The notes: a model not told the origin generated them from the letters alone. Shown: positions 23,819-33,239, numbered from the stretch's first letter. The stretch is DNA of 36,385 bases from an uncultured Candidatus Saccharibacteria bacterium (GCA_964402035.1 CAYOAM010000002.1:244964-281348); one strand, 5' to 3'. Program-made: numbers and translations.

Positions 23819-24225
23819 CCCATTGACCTTGCCGTGCCTTCGATGATCTTCATTGCAGCCTCGACAGAACCGGCGTTGAGGTCGGGCATTTTTTCTTCAG
23901 CAATCGTGCGCACTTGTGCTTTTGAAATAGTTCCTGCTTTTACCGTCGTATTTTTTCCTGATCCTTTTTCCACACCCAATGCCTTGAGAATAAGACGTGA
24001 CGCTGGAGAAACCTTGAGTATGAAACTAAAGGTACGATCGTCGTAGACCGAGATCTCAACCGGAATAATAGAACCCATCTTATCGCGGGTCTTTTCATTG
24101 AATTGGCTCACAAACTCGCCGATATTGATACCAGCTTGTCCAAGCGCAGGACCAACAGGAGGCGCCGGAGTTGCTCGCCCGCCGGCAATCTGGAGTTTGA
24201 GCTTTTTTACTACTTTCTTAGCCAT
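23803..24225 (-). CDS. rplK: 50S ribosomal protein L11
   Basis: …[34 protein letters not shown]… and …PDLNA… are canonical L11 sequence. Confidence 0.95.
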   Translation of the reverse strand: MAKKVVKKLKLQIAGGRATPAPPVGPALGQAGINIGEFVSQFNEKTRDKMGSIIPVEISVYDDRTFSFILKVSPASRLILKALGVEKGSGKNTTVKAGTISKAQVRTIAEEKMPDLNAGSVEAAMKIIEGTARSMGVTVQ

Positions 24226-24278
24226 ATATTTAGATTAGTTACTATACTTATTTTTATTGAGTATGCAAGGGGTACAGC

Positions 24279-24824
24279 CTATACCTTCTTAACTTGGAGG
24301 AAATCGAGTTCAACAGGTGTCTCTCGACCAAACATAGAGACCAAAACCTTGACCTTACCGCGTTCTTCATCAATCTCACCCACCTTCCCTTCAAGCTCTC
24401 GAAATGGCCCGTCGACGATTGAGACGGCGTCATCGATAGCAAGATCAACCTTATGCTTAACCACATCGGTACTCATACGCTTCATCAGCGCATCAAGCTC
24501 ATCCTGACGCAAGGGCACTGGCTGCGTACCACTACCCACAAAGCCGGTCACACGCGGTGTGTTGCGTACCACATACCATGACTCATCGGTCACGATCATA
24601 TCGACAAGTACGTAGCCCGGATAGACACGCTCTTCCTCCACCACACGCTTACCACCTTTTACCCGGATCTTTTTTTCTATAGGAACCACCACATCGAAGA
24701 TCTGGTTTTGCATACCCAACGACTCAATACGCTGTTTGAGATTTCGTGACACAGCGTTTTCATACCCCGAGTAGGTATGGATTGCGTACCAGTGTCGTTC
24801 ATTATCACCGAGCTGTTTTGCCAT
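24279..24824 (-). CDS. nusG: Transcription termination/antitermination factor NusG
   Basis: …HWYAIHTYSGYENAV… is the NGN domain. …PGYVLV… follows, and the KOW motif is …GPFRELEGKVGEIDEERGKVKVLVSMFGRETPVEL. Confidence 0.95.
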   Translation of the reverse strand: MAKQLGDNERHWYAIHTYSGYENAVSRNLKQRIESLGMQNQIFDVVVPIEKKIRVKGGKRVVEEERVYPGYVLVDMIVTDESWYVVRNTPRVTGFVGSGTQPVPLRQDELDALMKRMSTDVVKHKVDLAIDDAVSIVDGPFRELEGKVGEIDEERGKVKVLVSMFGRETPVELDFLQVKKV

Positions 24825-24832
24825 AGAAAATA

Positions 24833-25018
24833 TTATTTATTGATAAACCATGCAAGCGCTTTTGAAAACAGGAAGTCTGCAAATCCCAAGAGGAGCGCTA
24901 TAGCGACTGAAAAACCAATAACAAGCGCGGTGAAGACGATCGCCTGGTGCTTGGTTGGCCATGCAACATGCTTCATTTCTGCTTTTGTGTCCTTGAAATA
25001 ATTACTGAGACTACTCAT
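24833..25018 (-). CDS. secE: Preprotein translocase subunit SecE
   Basis: The 61-aa product reads …KAEMKHVAWPTKHQAIVFTALVIGFSVAIALLLGFADFLFS…, a single TM helix. It lies immediately upstream of nusG. Confidence 0.85.
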   Translation of the reverse strand: MSSLSNYFKDTKAEMKHVAWPTKHQAIVFTALVIGFSVAIALLLGFADFLFSKALAWFINK

Positions 25019-25091
25019 AGATGTGATTTAACCGGCAAAATTAAAACGCCTCGAGGGCGATTTCAAAGATGATACCACATAAAAGGATCCC

Positions 25092-25147
25092 GGGTCAACA
25101 TCACGCAAAAACCCGCTATTGAGCGGGTTTTTGCGTGATGTTGACCC
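25092..25147. terminator. Very long perfect hairpin (26-bp stem, 4-nt loop); terminator of the SIMPL gene, upstream of secE
   Basis: GGGTCAACATCACGCAAAAACCCGCT-ATTG-AGCGGGTTTTTGCGTGATGTTGACCC. The inner part is a classic A-run/T-run bidirectional terminator. The outer 15 bp extend the stem. Confidence 0.7.
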
Positions 25148-25160
25148 TCAAAAATTCGTT

Positions 25161-25955
25161 CTACCGAATTTGAAAGACCAACGTAACCGTAGAGACAACC
25201 TCATTTTCCCCGGGAGTAATGTCAGGTGCGACAGCTGCGTCCATAGCCATAGCCTGCTTCTCCATACCACCATAATTGTACATAGGCATCGGAACGTTTT
25301 GATTGTTGTCACTAAAGTTTATGAGTTTGCCGAGTCGTATGCCCAGACTCTTTGCCAAACGATCTGCTTTTTCTTTTGCATCAGCAATAGCCTCCTCACG
25401 AACATCTGCACGCACTCCGTCAACGTCATCAATCGTAAAGACAAGACCGCTAATATTGGTTGCGCCGTTATCACCCACTCCTCCGACCAAATTACCCGCT
25501 TCTTCAATCTTGCGTATTTTGACCGACACCGACTGATCTACCGTATACCCAACAAGGTTCTGCTTGCCAGGAGGACAAACACCCCACTGGTTGCAGACCG
25601 AATTGGTGTATTCATATTTTGGATACAGATTATACCCTTCAGTCTTGATATCTTTTTCCTCAACACCCTTTCCTTTTAAATACTCTAGTATTGCATTATA
25701 TGCTTTTGCAGAATTTGTCTGTGCAGTTGTGGCATCTTTAGCATCAGCAACGACAGAAAACGTGAACGTCGCAATATCAGGACGTACAAATCGCTCTGCT
25801 TTTCCAACAACTGAAATACTCGACATGCCACCACTCATCATTTTTGCTTGCGTATATGCAAGATAGGTATATGCCGCAATTCCAATCGATGCCAAAAGCA
25901 ACACCAGCAACACTAAAGCTTTAAATCGTCGATCACTTCCTAATTCCTGTAACAT
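25161..25955 (-). CDS. SIMPL-domain (DUF541) periplasmic/secreted protein with an N-terminal anchor
   Basis: It has a TM/signal anchor (ALVLLVLLLASIGIAAYTYL). The body reads …ISVVGKAERFVRPDIATFTFSV…, …AKAYNAILEYLKGKGVEEKDIKT…, …GYTVDQSVSVKI…, …AIADAKEKADRLAKSLG…, ending …TVTLVFQI. Confidence 0.8.
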   Translation of the reverse strand: MLQELGSDRRFKALVLLVLLLASIGIAAYTYLAYTQAKMMSGGMSSISVVGKAERFVRPDIATFTFSVVADAKDATTAQTNSAKAYNAILEYLKGKGVEEKDIKTEGYNLYPKYEYTNSVCNQWGVCPPGKQNLVGYTVDQSVSVKIRKIEEAGNLVGGVGDNGATNISGLVFTIDDVDGVRADVREEAIADAKEKADRLAKSLGIRLGKLINFSDNNQNVPMPMYNYGGMEKQAMAMDAAVAPDITPGENEVVSTVTLVFQIR

Positions 25956-26017
25956 AATATATTTAATTATCTACTCGTAATGGTCACCCTTCAGTATACT
26001 CCGTCCTACAGACCTTG

Positions 26018-26908
26018 CTATCGTGCACCGCACACCCGCTTGTATTCCGCTACATCGTCTGTCGAAAGGGCAAAATCGGCATTTTTCCCCTCCATGAGGT
26101 AGTGCATGATTGATGTCGCTCCCGCGACATGGTCAAGTGAGAGCGCGTGACCCAATTCGTGAGCCAAGACTCGCTTGAGTTCGGGAACGTCATCATATTG
26201 ATAGATGTTAATACGATCACCGAGATACTCCCCTTGTGCAAACTCTTCTCCATGCCCAAACATGTCGTTGTACCAGGCCACATCCTTGTTGTAGTCCTCT
26301 ACCGCCTCGGTACCTTGCGTACTAATTTTATTGATCCCCTCAACAAGTGCGTTTAAATCTTTTGCGGTTTTGTTGAGACTTTGCATTTCAACCTGCAATG
26401 ATTTCTGCCGCTCGTTGAGTTCTGTATACACCTCTTGCGGAGCGCCGCCCTTAGTATTCCACCGTTCAACATCAGCATTATACGCAGCAAGATGTTTCTC
26501 GTAGAGAGCGACGCGGGCCTCATATTTTTTCTTGAGTACCTCGTACTTTGACACCATATCCTGATAGGCCTCTTTCAGATCTGCGCTTGCTCCTTCTTTG
26601 AGGTCAAGAACCGAACGCATCTGTGCCTCTTTGACCGCGGTCTCTTGCCGTGCATCAAATACAAAGTTGATCTTGAAATCTGCACCAGCATCGTACGTGA
26701 AGAGATTTTCGCTCGTCGCATCCTCCCAAAGCGATTCAGCATCAGTAATGGCAGCACGAGCGGCATCAGGAGTAAGTGCAAATCGTTCATCGATAGTACC
26801 GAGCGCATAGTAGACAGGAGTGTCACACTTTGACTCTGCAAAACGATACCAATAGCCGCCCGCTACAATAACGGCAAGGACAAATGACGCAGCAAATATA
26901 GGACGCAT
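26018..26908 (-). CDS. Membrane-anchored zinc metalloprotease, matrixin/metzincin-like, with a coiled-coil insert
   Basis: HELGHALSLDH is the HExxHxxGxxH-type metzincin zinc site (here HELGHxxxLxH), followed by …SIMHY (Met-turn). It has an N-terminal TM helix and a long charged helical segment. The start is at MRPIF (26908). Confidence 0.75.
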   Translation of the reverse strand: MRPIFAASFVLAVIVAGGYWYRFAESKCDTPVYYALGTIDERFALTPDAARAAITDAESLWEDATSENLFTYDAGADFKINFVFDARQETAVKEAQMRSVLDLKEGASADLKEAYQDMVSKYEVLKKKYEARVALYEKHLAAYNADVERWNTKGGAPQEVYTELNERQKSLQVEMQSLNKTAKDLNALVEGINKISTQGTEAVEDYNKDVAWYNDMFGHGEEFAQGEYLGDRINIYQYDDVPELKRVLAHELGHALSLDHVAGATSIMHYLMEGKNADFALSTDDVAEYKRVCGAR

Positions 26909-26962
26909 ATCTTTAACTATACAGAATTGCACCACTTTCGACCATATAGAGCGTTAGGGAGC

Positions 26963-26968
26963 TATAAT
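26963..26968 (+). promoter_or_regulatory. Candidate -10 box (TATAAT) placed for a leaderless mRNA of the EEP-family gene
   Basis: A consensus TATAAT ends 7 nt before the ATG at 26976. There is no SD. Confidence 0.35.
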
Positions 26969-26975
26969 AGCCCTC

Positions 26976-27707
26976 ATGTCACTACGCCTCATACAACTCA
27001 ATATACAAGGGAGCAAACATCTTGATCGCTTTCTCCCCTTTCTTTTACACTGCGCTCCTGATGTTGTCTGTGTACAAGAACTCCGTGATACTGACATCGA
27101 AAGGATTACAAATACCCTCACGATGTCACACCTGTTTATGCCAATGGCACGCATCGCACAGGAGAACACGCAGATCTATTCTGGCCTTGGTATATTTTCG
27201 CGGATGCCCATGGTGCACCACGACATACAGTACTACGCGGGATGTAGCGAAATCGTAACAGATTTTGATGGCACCAGCGCAGAAAGCAAACGCACCTCAC
27301 AACGTTTTGGTGTACTTTCGTGTGATATTAAAAAAGAAGATGTCACCTATCGGATCGCAACCACCCACTTCACCTGGTCACCCGACGGTCTGACCACCGC
27401 AGATCAGCTCGAAGATGTTCAGAAGCTCCTCACGGTGTTGGCAGACCATAAAGAATTCATACTCACTGGCGATTTTAACGCACCCCGTGGAAAAGAGGTG
27501 TTTACAGCACTCGCCAGCCGCTACACCGACCACGTACCCAAAAAGTACACCTCGAGTATCGACCCCACCCTTCATCGTGCGGGACCACTCGAGCTTATGG
27601 TTGATGGAATCTTTAGCACTCCACACTACCAGATTTCAGATGTACACATGGTCTGCGGCCTTTCTGATCACTGTGCGCTCACCGCTACTATTTCAAAAAT
27701 TGGATGA
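26976..27707 (+). CDS. Endonuclease/exonuclease/phosphatase (EEP) family protein
   Basis: …LIQLNIQG…, …DVVCVQEL…, …LTGDFNAPRG…, …SDHCALTATI is the EEP catalytic motif series. Confidence 0.85.
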   Translation: MSLRLIQLNIQGSKHLDRFLPFLLHCAPDVVCVQELRDTDIERITNTLTMSHLFMPMARIAQENTQIYSGLGIFSRMPMVHHDIQYYAGCSEIVTDFDGTSAESKRTSQRFGVLSCDIKKEDVTYRIATTHFTWSPDGLTTADQLEDVQKLLTVLADHKEFILTGDFNAPRGKEVFTALASRYTDHVPKKYTSSIDPTLHRAGPLELMVDGIFSTPHYQISDVHMVCGLSDHCALTATISKIG

Positions 27708-27712
27708 TGCGA

Positions 27713-27749
27713 AAATCCCCGTGGCGACCCTTGGTCGCCACGGGGATTT
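27713..27749. terminator. Bidirectional rho-independent terminator between the EEP gene and nrdB
   Basis: Perfect 17-bp stem AAATCCCCGTGGCGACC-CTT-GGTCGCCACGGGGATTT. Confidence 0.8.
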
Positions 27750-27772
27750 ATATGTCTTTTGATGCAGGTATC

Positions 27773-28807
27773 CTACCACTGCAACGCACCGCCCGTCTGA
27801 TACTCAATCACACGTGTTTCAAAGAAATTTTTCTCTTTTGAAATATCCACAGCCTCACTCATCCAGGGGAATGGATTGACGACATTGAACTGTTTAGCAA
27901 GACCCACGCGCTCAAGTCTGCGATCTGCGACATACTCAATGTACTGTTTGAAGCCTGCGGCGTTCATGCCAAAAATACCATGCGGGAACACTTCGGCAGC
28001 ATAGGTGTACTCAAGGCGTGCTGCCTCCTTTACCCAGCCAATGATGCGCGCTTGAAACTCTGGCGTCCACAGCTCTGGATTTTCTTCTTTGATCGTATTG
28101 ATAAGCTTGATACCAAAATTGAGGTGCATCGATTCGTCACGCATGATGTACTGAATCTGCTCTGCTGAACCGGTGAGTTTATGCTGGCGCTGGAAACCAA
28201 ACATCACCGCAAACGAGCTATAGAAGAAAATTCCTTCAAGGATGAGTGAGAAAACACAGAGATTCTCAAGAAACTTCTGATCATTGGCAAATGTACCCGT
28301 CTTGAAATTAGGATCAAAAATACCATCGTTGAAATTGAGGATGAAACTTGCCTTGTTGTAGATCGCATCACGCTCGCGATACATGTTAAAGATCTTTGAT
28401 TCATCAAGTCCAAGTGACTCGACGATGTATTGGTACGCATGGGTGTGAATCGCCTCCTCATATCCCTGTCGCAACAGGTACATACGTATTTCAGGGCTTG
28501 TAATATGACGATAGGTTGCAATGACAATGTTGTTTGCTGCTATAGAGTCTGCAGTGGTGAAAAAGCCAAGCACCGTTTCGAAAGCATGTCGCTCATCAGG
28601 CGTGAGCGCTGTCGGAGATTTCCATTGCTCGATATCAAGCTGCATCCCGATCTCTGTTGGCAACCAGTGATTGGCATTTGCATTGTTGTAATATTCCCAC
28701 GCCCACGCATGTTTCATCGGGTAGAGCTGGATAACATCAGCATCAGCGCCATTGATGACGCGTCGCTTGTTGATATCAACTGGTGCTGCTCCCCGTTTGA
28801 TGCTCAT
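27773..28807 (-). CDS. nrdB: Ribonucleoside-diphosphate reductase beta subunit (class Ia R2)
   Basis: Di-iron and radical-site motifs are present: …YEEAIHTHAYQYIVE (E, H, Tyr at +4), …LILEGIFFYSSFAV…, …IMRDESMHLNF…. Confidence 0.95.
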   Translation of the reverse strand: MSIKRGAAPVDINKRRVINGADADVIQLYPMKHAWAWEYYNNANANHWLPTEIGMQLDIEQWKSPTALTPDERHAFETVLGFFTTADSIAANNIVIATYRHITSPEIRMYLLRQGYEEAIHTHAYQYIVESLGLDESKIFNMYRERDAIYNKASFILNFNDGIFDPNFKTGTFANDQKFLENLCVFSLILEGIFFYSSFAVMFGFQRQHKLTGSAEQIQYIMRDESMHLNFGIKLINTIKEENPELWTPEFQARIIGWVKEAARLEYTYAAEVFPHGIFGMNAAGFKQYIEYVADRRLERVGLAKQFNVVNPFPWMSEAVDISKEKNFFETRVIEYQTGGALQW

Positions 28808-28911
28808 TTTCTCAGTGGCTAATATTACTAATCGTCACAACTTTTTTCGTATAAGGGATCTCTAGTGTACCACCTTTTCTTTTTTTCCAACGTATAACAC
28901 CTACAACATCC

Positions 28912-31779
28912 CTATTGACACGCCTCACAGATGGCGTCTTCTGCAATATGCAACCGCGGTGCAGTTTTTGTTGCAGCAACCGTGACGTGCGCTGCCGCAA
29001 TCGCTTCTTGGGTCAATGGTGACGGAGTACTCATGGGCGATGGTACCGCGCCTTCAAATGGATGTGCCGCAGGAGCAGTACCTATGACGACCATCGTCTC
29101 TTTTTGTGCACCATCGTCTCGCTTGCGCATATGGGTATCACTCTCACCCATGGTGGATTTTTCTACCTGTGAAGCGGCCAGTGTACGGAGATAGTAGGTT
29201 GTCTTGAGTCCCATTTCCCATGCATAAATATAGAGGTCAGCAAGCTCGCGCCCTGACGTGCCTGCAAAGAAAATATTGAGAGATTGTGACTGATCAATCC
29301 ACTTGCCGCGTACAGCAGCCGCCTTGATGAGCCAGCGCATATCAATCTCAAAGGTCTCACGATAGCGCTCTTTGATGTAGCCCGGGATTTCTGCTATCGC
29401 CTGCACACTGCCGTCGTTGTATTTGATCTTATTCAACATTTCTTCGTTCCAGAGTCCTAGTTTCTTTAAATCAGAGACAAGGTATGGGTTCACGATCACA
29501 AAATCACCCGAGATATTTGCTTTAACGTAGATATTCTTGTAGATCGGCTCAATGCCCGGCACTGATCCCGCAATATTTGAAATCGTCGCCGTTGGTGCTA
29601 TCGCCATACAGTTGCTGTTGCGCATACCGTAGTGCTTTATAGCGTCACGTACCTCATCCCACGGCAGACGCTCAACACGATCAACACCCGTTGAAATCTC
29701 GCGTTCCGCCTCAAGAAGTGCAATCGTGTCGATCGGCAAAATATTGCGGCTCCACTTTGATCCTGCAAAACTCTCGTACGCACCACGCTCACGCGCAAGC
29801 TCGGTTGATGCGCGAATAGCGTAGAACGATACGATCTCCATCGACTCATCCGCAAACGTGACGCACTCCTCAGAAGAAAAGTTAATACCAAGCTCATAGA
29901 GCGCATCATGAAAGCCCATGACACCAAGACCTACCGGTCGGTGACGCATGTTTGACGTGCGTGCCTCCACCGTCGGATAAAAGTTGAGGTCAATAACGTT
30001 GTCGAGCATACGCATCGCAATCTCCACCGTCTCCCGCACCATGTCCTGACTAAAGACTCCTCCCACGACGTGCTTGACCAAATTCACCGAACCCAGGTTG
30101 CAGACGGCAGTTTCGGTAGCTGACGTGTTAAGCGTGATCTCCGTGCAAAGATTCGATGCGTGCACCACACCCGTATGATCCTGTGGTGAGCGAATGTTCG
30201 ATGGATCTTTGAACGTAATCCACGGATGCCCCGTCTCAAAAAGCATACCCAACATTTTTTTCCATAGATCACGCGCCTTCATACGCTTAAAGAGCACAAT
30301 CTCACCGCGATCCGCCATCTCTTCGTACTTGATATACAGCGCTTCAAACTTCTTGCCGTATGTTTCGGTGAGATCTTTTGCTTCATCAGGTGAAAGCAGC
30401 GTCCAATCACCATCTTCCTTCACGCGCTTCATAAAGAGATCTGAGACCCATGATGCCGTATTCATGTCGTGTGTGCGTCGACGTTCATCTCCCGTATTTT
30501 TGCGCAGTTCAAGAAAATCTTCAAAATCATAGTGCCAGTTTTCAAGATACACACAGGTAGCGCCACGTCTGCGTCCTGAGCGATTGATAGCAACCGTGAC
30601 GTCGTTTGCAATCTTCAAAAACGGCACGATACCCTGACTCGTAATACCAGCAGGCTTAATGAGAGCTCCGGTACCGCGCAACTTGCTCCACGACGTACCA
30701 ATACCGCCCGCCCACTTTGAAAGCTGTGCATTATCGCCAAATACCTTGAAAATGTGATTGAGATCATCTTCAACCACATTGAGATAGCATGACGAGAGTT
30801 GTGGGTGTGGCGTACCGGCATGGAAGAGCGTCGGGGTCGACGGCACAAAACGCAAGGTCGACATAATGTCGTAAAACTGTTCAACACGCATTTCTTTTTG
30901 CGCCTCATTGATCGCAAGCCCCATCGCTATACGCATCCACATATATTGCGGTGTCTCCAAGACCACCTTCTTCTTGTCACGAATAAAATAGCGGTCATGG
31001 AGCGTCTCAACACCCAAATACTGAAAGAGATCATCGCGTTCAGGTTTCAAGAGTTGTGACAATTTTTCAAGATCAAATGAAAGTAGTCGCTCGTCGAGTT
31101 TTTTCTCTTCCACACCATGACGTATGTTGCGCACAAATGCCGCACGATACGCAGGATCAAACTGTTCGGCGGCCAAAGAATCTTTGCCGATCGCTTCTTT
31201 GTAGAGACGCGCACAGAGCTGTCGCGCGGACACCGACGCGTACGCTGGATCACTTTCGATACGCGAACGCAATACGAGTGTAATGAGTCGAGCAAGCTCG
31301 GTTGTCTTGATGCCGTCATAGACCTCAAGCTCTACCTGACGCACAATCGATGGGAGATCAATCTCTCGCTCATACCCACGCACAAAAAACTGAAGCGCTA
31401 TCTGCACCTTATCTTTTGAAAACGGTTCAGTACGTCCATCACGCTTCTCAACCATCAAACGATTTTGCTCAATGTCTTTGACAACCTGCTCCTTGCGCTC
31501 CTTGGTATGTTCAAAACGATAGAGAATATATGCTTTTGCAACCTTAAAATATCCACGCTCCATCAAGGTCTCCTCAACAGCATCCTGCACATGCTCAACG
31601 GTTGGGTGAGCGTCAGAACCCGTCTCAATTTTCGCAACAACACGATCTGCCATCTGTGACACAACCTCCTCATCAATAGACACATGCTCAGCAGCAAATG
31701 CCTTTTTCATAGCAGTAAAAATTTTCTGCCGATCAAACGGGACCATGTCCCCATTTCTCTTTCTGATCTCCGTAATCAT
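28912..31779 (-). CDS. nrdA: Ribonucleoside-diphosphate reductase alpha subunit (class I) with an N-terminal ATP-cone
   Basis: ATP-cone: IRKRNGDMVPFDRQKI…KAYILYR, with a second cone-like start VEKRDGRTEPFSKDKV. Also …LSSCYL… and …ASNLCTEITL (catalytic Cys/Glu). The C-terminal tail ends …CEAC. Confidence 0.95.
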   Translation of the reverse strand: MITEIRKRNGDMVPFDRQKIFTAMKKAFAAEHVSIDEEVVSQMADRVVAKIETGSDAHPTVEHVQDAVEETLMERGYFKVAKAYILYRFEHTKERKEQVVKDIEQNRLMVEKRDGRTEPFSKDKVQIALQFFVRGYEREIDLPSIVRQVELEVYDGIKTTELARLITLVLRSRIESDPAYASVSARQLCARLYKEAIGKDSLAAEQFDPAYRAAFVRNIRHGVEEKKLDERLLSFDLEKLSQLLKPERDDLFQYLGVETLHDRYFIRDKKKVVLETPQYMWMRIAMGLAINEAQKEMRVEQFYDIMSTLRFVPSTPTLFHAGTPHPQLSSCYLNVVEDDLNHIFKVFGDNAQLSKWAGGIGTSWSKLRGTGALIKPAGITSQGIVPFLKIANDVTVAINRSGRRRGATCVYLENWHYDFEDFLELRKNTGDERRRTHDMNTASWVSDLFMKRVKEDGDWTLLSPDEAKDLTETYGKKFEALYIKYEEMADRGEIVLFKRMKARDLWKKMLGMLFETGHPWITFKDPSNIRSPQDHTGVVHASNLCTEITLNTSATETAVCNLGSVNLVKHVVGGVFSQDMVRETVEIAMRMLDNVIDLNFYPTVEARTSNMRHRPVGLGVMGFHDALYELGINFSSEECVTFADESMEIVSFYAIRASTELARERGAYESFAGSKWSRNILPIDTIALLEAEREISTGVDRVERLPWDEVRDAIKHYGMRNSNCMAIAPTATISNIAGSVPGIEPIYKNIYVKANISGDFVIVNPYLVSDLKKLGLWNEEMLNKIKYNDGSVQAIAEIPGYIKERYRETFEIDMRWLIKAAAVRGKWIDQSQSLNIFFAGTSGRELADLYIYAWEMGLKTTYYLRTLAASQVEKSTMGESDTHMRKRDDGAQKETMVVIGTAPAAHPFEGAVPSPMSTPSPLTQEAIAAAHVTVAATKTAPRLHIAEDAICEACQ

Positions 31780-32062
31780 GTTGTGCGCATACCCTAAATT
31801 CTCATAATGTTTGTACAGGAATATCGAAATTTTGAGTGAGCAGACAAGCCTTCCATGTTATTTCAACATGGATTGTTTGTATGCTCCCGTCACCACACGA
31901 AGAGCAACGTGTGTTGACTCAATTTTAGCACGTCAAAAGAGATCTGTATTTAGGGTTGCGGCAACCAAAAAGATAAGAAATGTTTAAAACTATGACTCTT
32001 TTTCCATGTCGTGCTGCACAACCTGTCCATAGCACTGTGGATAACAATGGACAGAGAAAAAA

Positions 32063-32080
32063 GCAAGTCTTGAGACTTGC
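32063..32080 (-). terminator. Rho-independent terminator after mscL
   Basis: GCAAGTC-(TTGA)-GACTTGC, followed on the minus strand by TTTTTTCTCT. Confidence 0.65.
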
Positions 32081-32108
32081 CCCTTTGTGTGTCCTAAGGC
32101 TACTTTTT

Positions 32109-32495
32109 CTAGTTTTTTCGCAGCAAATCTCGAATTTCGGTGAGCAATTTTACCTCCTCTGGCACAACGGGAGTTTCGTCCTTTTTCTCCTCCACCGACG
32201 CATGCTTGATACGGTGCAACGCTTTGATGGCGAGGAAAATAACAAATGCGATGATAACGAAGTCAATGATACTTTGTACAAAAACCCCATACTTAAAGAT
32301 GGTACTGCCGAACGTGAAGGTCAAACCAGAAAAATTGACCCCACCAAGCAAGATACCAATAACCGGCATCACCACATTGTCGACAAGCGATGAAACAATT
32401 TTTCCAAATGCAGTACCGATGATGACCGCGACTGCCAAGTCCATCACATTCCCTCGTATCGCAAATGCCTTAAACTCGTGTACAAAATTCTTCAT
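32109..32495 (-). CDS. mscL: Large-conductance mechanosensitive channel
   Basis: …FKAFAIRGNVMDLAVAVIIGTAFGKIVSSLVDNVVMPVIG… is the canonical MscL TM1 and loop. Confidence 0.95.
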   Translation of the reverse strand: MKNFVHEFKAFAIRGNVMDLAVAVIIGTAFGKIVSSLVDNVVMPVIGILLGGVNFSGLTFTFGSTIFKYGVFVQSIIDFVIIAFVIFLAIKALHRIKHASVEEKKDETPVVPEEVKLLTEIRDLLRKN

Positions 32496-32736
32496 AGAGC
32501 CATCAATCTGTTACTAGTATATGTACCCAGCATACAATCTGTAGAACGAAATACAAGCTTAGCGCTTGTTATACAAAATTTCCTTGAGCATAACACATTA
32601 AAAAATCGTACACAGATAAAACCCAAACCCTGCTCCAATAGCAAAAGAAAAAAGGCAGACGAAGATAATGTCATTTTTACCCATATTGTAGCGTCGGTTA
32701 TACTAGCAAATGAAACCGTAGTACGTATAAAAAATA

Positions 32737-32766
32737 CCCACAGATGCTCCGAAGAGCACCGGTGGG
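32737..32766 (-). terminator. Rho-independent terminator after the two-ORF cassette
   Basis: On the minus strand: CCCAC-CG-GTGCTC-TTCG-GAGCAT-CT-GTGGG, then TATTTTTTA. The stem has two tiers and a UUCG loop. Confidence 0.65.
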
Positions 32767-32769
32767 CGT

Positions 32770-32994
32770 CTACTTCTTCCGCTCAAGCTTGATGCTGCGG
32801 ATCCTCACCTTCTTGGGTGTGGTACCCACACCACGATCAATATTGTAATCCCAGATTGAAAGTGGCTTGAATGTATTACCATTCAATGAAAACTCGTCTG
32901 ATAGACCAACATCACTCGGTTGGTCCAGCGGCACAAACTCCACACCATCTGGTCCCTCCAGGATCGTATAGTCTTCAGGAGTAGCTCTACTCAT
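32770..32994 (-). CDS. Hypothetical small protein B (74 aa), with an acidic N-terminal half and a basic tail
   Basis: The ATG at 32994 has GAGGGA 8 nt upstream. The product is MSRATPEDYTILEGPDGVEFVPLDQ…NIDRGVGTTPKKVRIRSIKLERKK. It lies 15 nt downstream of ORF A. Confidence 0.45.
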   Translation of the reverse strand: MSRATPEDYTILEGPDGVEFVPLDQPSDVGLSDEFSLNGNTFKPLSIWDYNIDRGVGTTPKKVRIRSIKLERKK

Positions 32995-33008
32995 CAGACA
33001 TTCCCTCT

Positions 33009-33239
33009 CTATTTGAAAATGTGAATGGCGGATTTCCTCACTGGAGAACGCTCCCATTCGGGATTTTTTATAAGAAATTCTCGCAAACGACGAGGATCGA
33101 TATAGGCGGAATGGGCGAGCTTTTTGAAACGCTCACCGGTCTGATGACGAGAGATCGTTGGCTCTCGTCCCACCCCCCTTTCACGGTTGATAAACCCTCG
33201 CAATTTTCTTCGAACTTCTTTTGACACTGATTTTTTCAT
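33009..33239 (-). CDS. Hypothetical small basic protein A (76 aa)
   Basis: The ATG at 33239 has AGGGGG 5 nt upstream and its own sigma70-like promoter. The product is MKKSVSKEVRRKLRGFINRERGVGREPTISRHQ…. Confidence 0.5.
   Translation of the reverse strand: MKKSVSKEVRRKLRGFINRERGVGREPTISRHQTGERFKKLAHSAYIDPRRLREFLIKNPEWERSPVRKSAIHIFK

Noticed and set aside
25019-25160. A tRNA-Trp or rpmG, which are commonly found just upstream of secE; other intergenic regions were also checked for tRNA-like cloverleaves.
   Set aside because: The region holds only a short CGCC…GGCG hairpin and the 26-bp terminator hairpin. No acceptor/T-arm pattern (GTTCRANYC) was seen here or in the other intergenic gaps.
28912-31779. 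A possible intein or intron in nrdA, since RNR genes are frequent hosts, and the same question for the 1177-aa ileS.
   Set aside because: NrdA is colinear with class I alpha subunits throughout, with no Cys/Ser…HN-Cys splice-junction block or homing-endonuclease motifs. The ileS extra segment has phosphatase motifs, not intein motifs.
31780-32062. NrdR operator boxes upstream of nrdA.
   Set aside because: No pair of AT-centred 16-bp palindromes resembling the NrdR consensus (acaCwAtATaTwGtgt, from memory) was found. The palindromes present are GC-flanked with long spacers.
32598-32684. A 28-aa hydrophobic mini-ORF (MGKNDIIFVCLFSFAIGAGFGFYLCTIF) on the minus strand between the A/B cassette terminator and mscL.
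   Set aside because: It is too short to support without conservation data, and it has no SD. The only nearby -10-like box (TACAAT) abuts the ATG, so transcription would start inside the ORF. It could still be a small membrane peptide if it is conserved elsewhere.
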